This document shows positions 40,701 to 54,300 of a stretch of DNA of 64,000 bases, one piece after another. The notes beneath the pieces are model-generated. The model was not told where the DNA came from, did not search any database, and worked only from the letters and a program-made list of their open reading frames with translations. Source of the stretch: Tubiluchus corallicola (lineage: Eukaryota > Animalia > Priapulida); contig JAQGDQ010000235.1 in NCBI GenBank assembly GCA_030141605.1, forward strand, positions 247,078 through 311,077, written 5' to 3'. Position 1 is the first letter of the stretch; each line of letters begins with the position of its first letter. Made by a program: the position numbers and the translations under genes.

Positions 40701-43629
40701 GTAGGATGTTCTAATTCGTTGATGACCCGTTCAACTTAATCGTCCTCTTGCTTAGTGGATGATGGTTCTATAAAGCCACACTTAAACTGCAGTGCAGCCA
40801 TGGGCCCTCTCACTGGGAAGCCGTATACTAACTTGAATGGACTGTACTTTAATGGCTCCTGTGAAGTCTCAGGGCATGCAAATAGAACAAATGGTAAAAG
40901 TTCATCCCAGTACAAAGAAGGTTCTGTCTGAGTTAATTTCCTCATCAAACTTTTTAGTATGGCATTCAATTTTTCCTTAACACTCTCGGTCTGGGGATGG
41001 TAAGGTGTGGCGAAAATGCCCAGAATACCTAGCCTTTTCCAAGTCTGAAATGAGTGAAGATGTAAACTGGGTGCCTCGATGAGACAAAATTTCTCTTGGA
41101 ATGCCATGTCTGCATATTAATTCCAACAATGCTTTGGCAACACAAGATGCAGTTTTCGCTGTTAAATGATTAGTATTGGGATCAGGGTAATGTGTTGATT
41201 GGTCTGCTATAACCAGGGCAAACTTGCTGCCAGCTTTGCTACGTGGCAAAGGACCGATTAGTCTATTAAAATTTTGGAAAAGGGCTTCTTAACAACAGGC
41301 AAAGGTTTCTATGAAGCGCGATCTGCTGTTCTGTCCCTTGAAGCCTTTTGGCAACTAGAACAAGAACTTCATTGTTTTTATGACAGTCTGAACCTTAACC
41401 CAGTGGTATTAGGACGAAACTCTGTCAATGATTTTATGCATGCCTTAATGAGCAACAGGAGCAATGAAGGAATATCATGTGCTAATTCAAGGACTTGCTG
41501 CCTTCTAGAGGATGGCACTACAAGCAAATAAGTGTCAGAACCGGGTGCACTTTTACGTATGGTTTACAAAACACCTTGCTTCAAGTAGTATCCACTTCTT
41601 TGTTTTTGGCATTTGTCTTCGTTCTGAACATAATCTAACAAATTTCTTACTGTTATCTCTTTTGCTTTTGAATAAGCTGATCTCGTTGTACATCTAAAAG
41701 CTCTCTTCTGCTGTATAGTTTTGAGACTCTTCGTAGGCAAAAGGATATCTTCTTTATGGATAACTGTTTTACGGGCTTTAGGTTCAGCTAGCTGCTGTAA
41801 TACTGCAGCTTTGGCACCCACACTAGTCCTTACTTGTAAAACAACTGTGTGTTCGTATCCGCAGATAAGGATGGTTCTTCTTCAATCAGTGAAGCCTTTA
41901 CAGGCCTTTGTGATTGTTCAATCATCTTAGAATTTGCTCTTCTTTTTGGGTGGGACTTAACATGTCGAGCAGAAGTCGACTTCCTAGACAAAAAATGGCA
42001 CCATTTTGTTTTCATAATCATTGCCTAATAATGAAGCGACAGTGCTGCTCTGGACCACAGCTGCCATGAAGAAACCAGTAATGGCAATTCCAGTTTGACC
42101 ACAGTTACAGAACATGGCCTTTCACAATTGTGAATATTTGTTAATTCATACAAAGTTTGGTTTTACAAAACCAGGACTTACCAAACTTCGAGATGCTCCA
42201 GTATCTCTCAAAGATTTAACTGACCTACCATTTAATTTCGCCTGAAAAACAAGGACCACCCAAAACAAAGGCCGAACTGGGCAGACAAATCTACAGTTAA
42301 GTCAGTATTTTCAGCCGAGGCTAAAGCTAAATACTGTTTCTGCATGCCCTGGGTGTCTTTACAAATAACTGGCCTGGTTTTATCTGTCTGGGGAGCAGAT
42401 GTATGTGGGCATGCAGCTGAAGAAAAGTGATAGCAGCGGACTTTCAATGAAAGAAGGGCATTGACTGGGTATACTTGTACTGCTGACAGGCTTTGGACTG
42501 GGCTTGTTATATGTAAGTTGCCCCTAATGACTACTCGGATTTTGCGCTGATGAATAAGCATCTGCTTTTGAGCAGCTTTGTCTAATTTATGTATAAAATT
42601 TTTGTTTAGCCATAGGTTAAACACCTCCTGTGTTATCATATCCATAAAGTGCTCATAAACACTTGAATCCAAGGAGGCTTCTTGTTTTGCTTCAACATTC
42701 ATTGCCTCCTTCCAATAATCCATTGCTTGGAACAGGTGTACAACAGTTTGTACACATCTCTACACTTGTGCTTGTCTCTGAATAAAAGATGATAACTTTC
42801 TTGTATTATCATATGTGCTTTTAATATTTCTTGCTTTACTTTTCTGTACTCTGTAGTGTCTAGATCATTAATTAATTGAAATGCGAGGCTTTATTTGCTA
42901 GAAAGGTGTGGTGTCAGAAAATTAAATGCTACAAACTTACCAACAGAATTTAAATACCTAGGTTTAAAGGGCAACTGAACAATTTATGATTCTTGTTTTA
43001 TTTTAAGTATTATAAGTAACTTATTATTATTAATATAACGTGGTTGTTATATTAATATAAATTTGATGATGACATTATTCTTATACTATTTTGCATCAAA
43101 CTTTCGTGATTTCTTGCCTCAAACATACTCTTGATATAGTATATATTCTTTATTTTACTTTAATAAAGCATTGATCAGAGTAACCCAAGAACTAAGGATA
43201 GACATTCAGCGTTAGCTTATAATAACACTGTTCTAGGCAAACGTGCCAGGTGCAAGCTAAAAAATGAGTGCAATGAGATATTCCAGACAATGTGGTTGAA
43301 GCCAAAAGAAAATTATAATTTTCATAATGTTGTTTTGTTTGTGTTCACATGTATGTGTTTACTGTGTTTTTAAGGTATATAGTTTATTGTTTTACTATGG
43401 TACTATACTATACTATACTATACTATACTATACTGTACTGTACTGTACTGTACTGTACTGTACTGTACTGTACTGTACTGTACTGTACTGTACTATACTA
43501 TACTATACTATACTATACTATACTATACTATACTATACTATACTATACTATACTATACTATACTATACTATACTATACTATACTATACTATACTATACTA
43601 TACTATACTATACAATACTATACTATACT

Positions 43630-43690
<61 letters not shown>

Positions 43691-45210
43691 ATTATTGTCT
43701 AGTTAGGCCTAATTAAATGACGTCACAATTTGAAATATGATTGAATACAACATTTGGACAAATTATATTTGATATCAACAGTCTCAATTTTCTGAGCAAA
43801 CATAACTGCTATTTTTAATGAATTGTGCTTTTTGTGAAAAATTAAGCGTTGTCATTGTCCTGCGACCAAAATGCTTATTGTTAACTGGAAATCCATACAA
43901 ATTTGTAGTGAAATTACGCTGTGTAATCAGTAAGAGTCTAAACAACATAAGTTAATTGCCTCATGTAAACTTAGTGAAGAACAATTAAACAGTACACTAG
44001 ACGTTTCAAACTTAAGAAACATTTAATTTTATAATAGCATTTGGCAATCTCTTGTCACAGCACAAAATCTGTAATGAAAGAATAGGTAACTAATAACTGC
44101 TGGAGTGGTGTGATGTGATGTGGTTTGTTGCGGGTGGTGTGTTGTGGGCATTGTTGGTGCAGTACTGTGGGGTGGTAGATGTCGTATAGTTTGTTTTCTG
44201 AGTTTATGTGCAAAATTTTTTGTGGGGCCTTGGCTAGTTTTTATTAATTTGAAAGGGTTCAGATTGAAAATGTTGTCTACCATGCTGGATGAGATTTGAT
44301 CTGCTGTTGTTATGTAGCTCAGGAAAAGGAGAAGGGAATACAAAAGGAGAGGTGATTTACCATGCAATCTGAACTCCGTTGGTTGATTGATGTTTTGCGA
44401 TCTGTGTGTTAAAGCTGTAGTGTAAACATTCATGTTTGTTTGAATAAAATCTAACAGAGAGCAATCCACTTAAATTCAGCAGTTCTGACAAAAGTAACAA
44501 AGCTAAATTCAAAGTGGATCACTCAGGCTTCTACTTATTACTGCAATAACTTACTGTAAAGCTAATTTTATTTTTCCTTACTTGCATTACTTGTTATTTT
44601 GTCTAAATATGTCTCTAATTGCTCACTTACACCTGTGTACTTTCGTGCATGGGAAATCTGTACATTTGATGAAATAAATCATTTTGCAGTACTTTGAACT
44701 ATGCTAAATACACTACAATTTGTTATTGCTGGATTCGTACATTTGATAATCTATTTCTGTCAATGTTCCTAATTCGTTTTTAGTTTTGTTTTGATACCTG
44801 TTAATACTTAATATATGGCCATAATTATATTTTAATGATTCTGAATAAGTGAAACAAATTATAATGATAATTTGTTATACATAGAAAACATGTGTACTTT
44901 AGGAGAACATCCCTACACTAAGCCGAGAAGTTGTGCAAAACAACTGTTAAATTTTATTATTTATATTTGTTTTCTACACATTTTAATAGATACAGCACTT
45001 TTCAAACTTGACACCTGAAGATGTTCTTGCATTATTACAAGCACACAAAATTACAGATCGACTTAGTGCATCGAAAATGTTTAGAGGAGTTCCTATTGAA
45101 ACATATAAAAACATTACAAAGGCCATTGTGGTATGTAATATTTTTTCTTTCCTAGTCATGTAAAATATACTAGTTGGACATGAACAATAATTATTATGTG
45201 TGTGCGTGCA

Positions 45211-45302
<92 letters not shown>

Positions 45303-48300
45303 CGTGTGTGTGAGTGTGTGTTACACACAATGTCTCTCTTAATGTGATTGTGCTGTCTATTTTTAACAATAATTATGTTTAAAAAATATGTTTATCCATG
45401 TTAATGAAAGCTTTATTGAGACGATCCCAAATGTTTAGAAGCTGGAATTCCTAATTTTTCATGTGATGACAGGCTCTGTACATCATACTCGAGCTACCCA
45501 CTGTGTAAGCAAGCAGATGATGCTTTGTGGATGAATGTAACTAGATGTGCTAGGACCATATTTTAATAAACTGTTGAATGTGAAAATCAAATACAAAAAA
45601 GGGATTCTGTTGTTCTTAGTTTGCAAAAATTGATCTCTGGCATACTTTCTTACACGCACCACTCTTTCCTTGTGAAAGCACTAGAAGAGGGCTGTGTTGA
45701 AAAAAATGACGGAGACTATAAATTTATTTTTGTGATCACTTTATGGTTAAAGGTCTTTCGAAATAGTGGCACAATTTTATTGTTAATGTGTTGTTATTCG
45801 TTAATGTATTTGATGTTAGCATAAATTTCTATTATTACTACCCAATCCCCATAAAAAGAATTTTGTGCAAAAACTCACAATAACCCACACCACACTACAC
45901 TACTACCCACCAACCCCCTCCCAACACATATCCACACCACACCACACCAGTCTGCTGCACCACTCATAACACACCACCCACACTTTGTCACTTCACCACA
46001 TTATCCACACCATATAACCCACACCACACCATCAATACCACCCAGTCCACACTACACCACACCCATTGCACCACCCACATCCTATCACCCTACCACACCA
46101 ACCAAGGCAAACTAAACACACCCACCACATCACATGGTGATAATGATGTTGGTAACGATGATGATGATGACAACGTTGATGTCACCTACAGTACCAACAC
46201 TAAAATTATTCAAAACGTTTTGCATGCTGTCGAAACTGTGTACTATAATAAATGCTCTTAGTCCGTCTACCAATGATCAATAATGCGTGGACATTCTACA
46301 TTGTTTTTTCTATTGCTTCTCGAATAATAATGGGCTAAGAGATATAACTTACATGTAAAATCTATAGCACTGTAGTACGACGGGTGAAGAAAATGCCTGG
46401 AACAGCCGCATAATTTCTCAAATTCAAATACAAGGGATGTTCCAAATAGCTTGTAGCACAGGGGGTAAAAAAGAGCTTTAAAATACAATACCCGTTTTGT
46501 CTAGTGGACATCTCTCCTAGCGAAACCTGCAATGTAATATGTATAAACCCAACAGTAAAATAAATTGAAAATATAGTGAAAACTAATTTTGCTTGACCAG
46601 GTCCGTGAAATTTCAATGTCTGGTGATCATGTAAGACATCCCAGACAAAATAATCTGCTTAACTGTCAAATGACAGACCTCATAATACACAGGTCTACGA
46701 TACAATTATGTAACAAGGTACATTGTGGCGTACCATTAGCTAGACGTAAGTAGATCAACATGATCAGTTTGTTTACAATCTAATCTAAATAACCACAAAG
46801 GCACTTCAACATAAGTTTTGTCGCCACATAGAACACAAATAAGGTGTTTTAAAACTAAATTAATATCAAACACTAGGTTTAAGAAGTGATTAACTGCTGA
46901 ATGCTGTAATGAAATCTTCTTACACCATTCACCACTTCAATGGAAAGTTCTGCAGATTTTCCATTCAAAACTCTCAAGTAAGGAGTAGTGCACTGCCAAC
47001 AAAATGATTAGTAAACAGTTTCGACAAACAGTAAAAGGAAAGAAACCTCAGTCATACCTGGGAGAAAACGGGCTCTAGATGCTATATTTGTAATGACGGG
47101 CTCGGTCACAATGATCGAAAATCATGCTCTCATTGAGCAGGTTATTTCATCACACAGGTTCTTGTGTTTATGCTCAACTATGATGACTACAATAACTAAT
47201 TAATGCAAAATGAATATTTTTATTATTACTACTATGAATATAACTTATTACTTATGAACATTTTTTAACATAATAAAGGAAAATAGATCTACCTGAACAT
47301 TGTAAAGCATTCTTTCTGAGTATAGTAATTGTACAGTCGTAACTGAAATTTTCATGACTTGTTTGAAATGATAATTCCATATTTGCATTTAGAATATGTC
47401 TGTCACTACTCATGACCCACCATTGGTTAGAGGGATAGTAACAGCATCTGTGCGGCAGTTGGGTCTTCCCAAATATTGGAGAAAAGAAGATATTTCATTG
47501 CTTGGCCCCTTAATAGTATTTTGTCCGCCTGGCTGGTTTAAACTAATGAAAATGAATGACAATGAGTTGGTTGAATTTGCGTAAGTGTATTTTTTATTAA
47601 GAATTATTTTACAAGATTTAAACATGTTGATTAGTTTTCTATTTAATTTCCATATACTTTGCAAAAGCGTCTGTTAAAGAGCTAAAGGTTGATAGGCAAA
47701 AGCTCTATGAGCAAAATTCACTTAGTTGACAATATCCCTCTTCACAGGTTGAAAGTACGAAATCTGATGAAAATAACTGGTTTTGTAAAGAGTTGTTCCA
47801 TATGTAGGGTAAGATGTAAGACCTACATCTGAGATGCCCTGAGTAAGCCCATGAGAAGCTTTGCAAAATCGAGTACTGCAAACAAACTGTCTGTATTTAA
47901 GAATCAACAATGAGTGTTTCTGAAAGTAAATTGAATCTTGCACAGAGAATGTAATGTTCGTTATTCTTAAATATGAAGGGGCATTAAAGACAAAAACATG
48001 TCCCATACTGCGCCTCACCACCACACATGGTGGCTGTATAATGTGTGTGTATATGAAGCAAGGTTGGTGCATGCAGGACGTAGTAACATTCAAAAAATTG
48101 TTATTTTAGCCATCGAAAGAATTACTGATGCAGTAATTATAAGGGAAAAATAGTCAAGTCTCTTATAGTACCGTTTTTCGGACTTTGGTAGGCCAAGCCA
48201 CCAAACCACTAGATTGGTTATACCAAATCAAAGTTTTTAGGCTTAAATTTCGTACTAGGGTGCTGCTAAAAAAGTTTTCCTAAAAAAATGTGAGAAAGTT

Positions 48301-51300
48301 GAGTTTGATAACTATTTAATACATGTTATATATTAACTGTCTAGCAGGCTGTTTGGGGAACATATTTTTGGGGGAATTTATTGCAACACAAATGTTTTTT
48401 TTGTTATTCCTGAATGAGAATGTTAATACCTAAAGATTCTTTCCATGAATTGGCTTTGGAGAAAATATAATTATGCATAATGATCGAGAGACAGGCAGAA
48501 ATGATTTCTGATAAGTCTGTCCTGTTTTAAATTAATAGTTATAATAATAATGATGATGATAATAACACAAGTTTTTTAAGCATCCCGAACTCCCCCCGTT
48601 CTTCCACTTGCAGCCCTGTGCAATGCCATTTGCCTACAAATGAAGACAACTCTGGACTCTGGTGCAAATTTCTCAATGCTTAGAAAACTAATGTTGTTAT
48701 TATATTTGCAATAATAATGATTTTATAACTTGAAAATTATATTATTCTTACAATATGCACATTATTTTGAGACATGCATTTATTTCTTGAACTTTTTGTA
48801 GTCTTGATCAAGTGACAGAAGCACCGTATTCTGAAGATATCCCTGATGTACAAAGTTCTGTAACACGTCACATGCTAATTAGAGCAGCAAAGAAACGAGC
48901 AGATTTAATCCTGATATTAACAAAGTTGTTAGAGAAAGATGATCCTTCAAACTGGACTGATCAAGAAATTAATAAACGAGCTCTACTATTAGCTCAAATG
49001 AGGCCTAATAAACTCCAGAAAATGGATCCTTCAAAGGTGAGTGCTATTTTGTTAAATTATTTGATACTTTTAGTTGAGTATAAAAATTTTTGAGCTACTA
49101 TTTCAACCTTCATGATGCAAGACCTACATCTGAGAAGCTTTGCAAAATCGAGTACTGCAAACAAACTGTCAGCATTTAAGAATTATGCAGCTTATTTACT
49201 ATTGAATGACAACACAGTATAAACTTGTTTTGTATGTTTAGTATGTTTTGGCTGTCAAGAATTTTGAAAATGCAATAAATTACTTGCAGCATAAGTAACA
49301 GAGTGCACATTCTTGAAGCAAACTAATATGTGGCATCCTGTCTTTGACATGCATTTATGTAAAGCAGCCCAAATAGATAACCAATCTTGGATATTGCAGA
49401 GGAGGAAGCTGTAGCTACAAGGATTGTTTTGTATTTGAAGTTTTCTAAATTCTGAGAGCTAAACCGTGATTTTATAAATTTGTTTTAGTCTTGCTTTTTG
49501 ACAAATTTGTTTTGACTTGCGTTTTTGTGATATAGCATTTTACTTTAAACCTTTTTCCATTTTCCATTCTGTAGTTTACACAATCAGTTATATCTAAGGT
49601 GGGAAAAGTTTCATGGCTGCCTGTAGAAGGCAAAATTGTTGTAAACAAGATCTTTGAAGGAATGAAAAGGCCAGTTGGGAGTCGACCTCAACAACAAGAT
49701 TCACTTGTGCTACCTATACTAATGGAGTATGTATTATAATGATTTTAAGAATTATTTTGAAATTCTCGATCACTGACTGTTTAAAACTGGCGGTCTGTGT
49801 TGGCTGTTTGCTGGCAAGCTAAGGGACTAACTGGTTGAGTTTACTGAAGTCTTGTTACTTTAGGTTACTAAAATAACTTCCATAGATCCAATTTTGGACG
49901 CATAAAATAAGCGTCATTCATTACCTAGCAATAGAACAGACAACTGTTATTGATAGCAATGCGAAACATCACGATGAAACTTATTATAGCTCTGGTGTAC
50001 ACTGAGCTTTAATCTTTTAACAGACTGAACAAAAAAATCATTTTAACGTTCTGTGTTGCTCTTTGATGATATCGGCTGAATGGTCTACTAGGTTACACTT
50101 GCTGTCCACTAAGTTGCTGCACCAAGATCAGACCTAAGATATTTAAGTACTTAATGTAATGCATAAAATTATTTAACTTGCATAACATTTAATACTGCAG
50201 CATGTACTGCATATTTTAAGCAACCAATACACACATGATAATCGCCCATGCACTAACGTCTGTAAATATGATAACAATGAGTTTTTGAAACATAGTTTTG
50301 GGGAAGGACATTTATTTCATGAATTAATTTCAGAAAACGAATTTTTGTTATGAATGATATTACAAAATACAAATAATTTAATCCAAGTTCAATATTTCTA
50401 AGAGTTATCTACTGTTTAGCCTTTTGTTTTCATTTATATTCCAGTATGCCAATGTTGGTGGAACATTTGTCTTGGGACCAGTGGGTTGATACTGCAATAA
50501 TGATAAAAAAAACAAAAAATGATACAGCAAAATGGGATTTTTTTGATTTATTTAAAAATTCTGTTACTGCTGCTAATCGTCGTACTGTACAGGTAAGTTT
50601 TTTGACAGGCTCACCGTTGTGTTGATTATATTATTATATTTCTGACGTTATCATGATTTTATTTTAAGCAACTAATGCAAGAGTATTTTAACTGTTACAC
50701 TTTTGTGCAATGACAATTGTGCAGTTTTTATCGTTTTACTATTTCCAGTAATTTTAATTTTTTTAGAATGAGCTATTCATCCAGGTTTTAGGAATTCATA
50801 GTATTCAGTTACGTAAAATAAAGTATTTAGTGTTCTAATATATTTTTATTACATGTATAGTTCATTGATACCACTTCAGGTTTGGCAGCACATCCTAACA
50901 TATTTGGTTGAAGTGGCGTAGCTGGTTTTGACAGCTAAGCTACAGAACTGAATTGATATTTGTTTTCTTTAGAATGCCGAGTATTTTGAGTAAAGTGCTG
51001 CAGCAGTCTTCTGTTGTAAAATAAGGAAACTATTGACCTTGAAAATTTTGCTATAATCTAAGGACTTAATTCCTTAAACAGCTCATTTTTGAAAACCCGG
51101 CTATTGGACATCATGCTGCCTATCTTCCAGCTCAGACTGATAATTTGGCTACTTACTCTATGGGCCTTACTGGTAATACTGCAGCTAGTTCATGTGCAGT
51201 AGTCGCTGCTTAATAGATTCACGGTTAATTGACTCGAAAACGCCTGGAGCAGGCCGCTTCTATTCAAATATACATAAAAATATCGGCAATTGTGCAATAT

Positions 51301-54300
51301 ATATGTAGAAACAATCATGTTAAGTACTGTTTTGTTGGTACGTTTATCATGCGCTAATAGTCTAGCGTAGCGGTTTTGCTTTGAATTTGTTACCCGCTTG
51401 CCCACTGCAATCAACCTCGTTACCCAAAAAATTTCTCGAAGCTAAATTACTTAATGGTTTCATTTGGATGCTCTAGTTGCAAATCACGCTTTCAGGCTTA
51501 ATGAATTAACAGTCAAAGATGCGGGTACAGTATAATCAGCCAGTATTCCTTGTGACTTACAAGTGTAAACATTGTACAGCAAATAAGAAGAATGTAAGTG
51601 AACAGACGATTCAGAACTGTTTTAGTCACACACAACAACAGATTTTCAACATTTTTACAAATACGAGAACTTTGTGTGCCAACTTCTTCGCGAGAAAATG
51701 AAGCAGCTAACTTTGAAGGAATTTTTGTAATTTATGCAAATAAACAGACTTGTGTGATTTAGAACAGTACACTTTTTAATTTATTCACTTATACAAATTA
51801 TTATTTAATTTTTTTCTTCTAATTTTTAACTACACAAAGGATATAGGCATATATACACATATATGCATTACTTCGTTTCAAAAATTTATTAAAAGCTTTT
51901 GCAATGCATAGTAAGCTGATGACTCATACTTCCATAGCAGTAATACAACCTCCATCGGTTAATAGGTTCAATCGATTAATTGCGTCAAAACACCTCGGTC
52001 CCAAAGTGAGTCTATTAAGCGGCGACTACTGTATATAATAAGTCAAAGCCTTATCAAGTTGATCATGAAGATGAGATATCTGCACACAGTCATGGAAATG
52101 CTATGGACAGGTTCAGTCAGGACTGTTACTTCAAAAATTGTAGCGGGTGGGAAAGCCATAAAATTGGTACCATATAATTGATACCATTGTAACAATTGTC
52201 GATTGTTACCATGTCCAATTGCCACAAAATAAGCAAGTAACGACAATCTTAGCAAAGATGGCAGGAATTTGGCCTTATTACAGTTATTGACTAGGTATAT
52301 TAAAGTATGCTGTTGCTTTGTTTCTCAAAAATTGCTTTTTGTCAATTATTATTTTTTCTTCAACCGCATGTGTATTTTTTATAAAAACATTCTGTCAGGC
52401 ATTTGTGAGAATTTATACGCTATCTATTATGATAGTGTGTAGAAATATTTTATCATGACAGTCCATGCAAATCTCAACAAACTTTATTGGAAAATCTGCA
52501 TAAATAAGTACTAAAATTCATTCTTGTTTTGCAACAATAAAAAAGATGTTACTTTTGTTGTAAAGACAAAGGTATAGTGTATATACTGTATGCTGTTATA
52601 ATTATCCATCTGTTTCCCTAAACACACTGTCCAGTTCACACATTGTAGGGCCCTCTCTGCTTATTAATAGGGCTAGGGTTGCAAATCTTCTTTTGGACTA
52701 AATGTGTTTATTTTTAACAATGCAAAAAAAAACTTAGTATTGCTTTATGCCTTAAATTACATTAGAGATAAATTCAAATACAACCACGAGTTACTCTCTT
52801 TTCTGTTAATAACAATGCTGCAGAAGTCAAAAATAATTTGCAAGGGTTCATTTAGTAAATTCTATTTTTGTAAATCTGGTTGAGACTTTAAAACTCATCT
52901 TTCCATCCAAACACATTCGTCATGTCTTGGTCCAAAACAGAATAAGTCTCTCTATATCGAATATTATTTTCTCAAAAAAATCTTAAACTATTGGTGTGCC
53001 CCGTGGTTCTATACTGGGAGTACTGCTAATTTATAATACCTACAGTATATTTCAAATTTACTGAAGGTAAATAAATCTGAAGAAGACAAAAGTATGTACT
53101 TGATTCTTTCAATTAGGCAAGCAATTTATTATTTATCTTCAGTAAAATAGGTTCTAATACATAACTGTTCGGCAAATGGTGGCAACTAATTATACTGAAT
53201 ATGTGTGTGTGTGTGTGCGTGTGTGTGTGTGCGTGTGTGTGTGTGCGTGCGTGCATGTGTGTGATCATATTTTATTGCATATGTGAAAATTTTCAAATCT
53301 GACAACAAATAGGGAGGTTACTCAGAACGATGCAAACAAATTTATGCGGGACCCATTTTAACCACTCACTATCCATGTGCATGCTTGCTAATACGTTGTA
53401 GTTGTAGTTTGTACCTACTATAATGTTACCAATTATTCAATACCCGTACCTGATAAATAAATAAATAGCCAATTTGTATGACTTTTCTACTGGATTTTTG
53501 TTATTTTCTGGCATATGCACCATTTCAAGCTCAGAAGTGTATAGGACAAAAAGTGAAAGTGTCAGCAATACAAATGCACGGCCAAAAATCACAGAACACC
53601 ATGCCAGTCAGTCGTGATGTAGTTATTTTTCTATCGAATTGAATGGTATATAGAATAGAATTGACTGGTAATTCAAGTTTGTGTATATTATGTATAAAAA
53701 TGTGCCAAAGTTTTGATTATAATATTGTAAAAAGAAAAATAATGGATTTTCTTGAAATTCACTACACTAATGTTCCATTTGTTTATGCATAAAGACCAAA
53801 AAGTTTATGTCATTCCCTTGAATGGTTTAAAAAAATACATCTAATTAATAAAAAGACACCCTCGCTAATACTAAACTTAAAATACAAGACTAAAGTGTAT
53901 ATATTATTATGTGTAGGATATTTGTTAACCAACTAAGAGTTTTAGGCCAAATGCAAGTTAACAAAAGCTCAAATGAGGTAAGTCATGCAGTGTTTTTCAA
54001 ATGATTGAATGTTAAACAATTTCAAACAAGTAAGAGTCAAGCATTTTTTTTGCAGTATCAAAATCTACTTTTATACATGATCTTACCAGACTCCATAGTT
54101 AATGATGATGTGAACAAATCTGACTTACTAAGTGGGAAATTCAGAATGAAAATTTTAGCTTTGAGACCAGATATACACAAAGAGATGCCTGAAACATTAA
54201 CGCAGTTGCCATCCAAAGCTATTGGTGAAACACCTGATCCATTTGATGCAGAATTTTTGGATCGGCTAGCTTCGACTGGCACCCTGTCAGATTTAAAGGT

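Noticed and set aside
43327-43716. Repetitive ORFs (YYTIL)n and (SL)n
   Set aside because: Translation of a microsatellite.
44983-45369. Minus-strand ORF with (HT)n
   Set aside because: Translation of (GT)n and the antisense of the real + strand exon 44990-45130.
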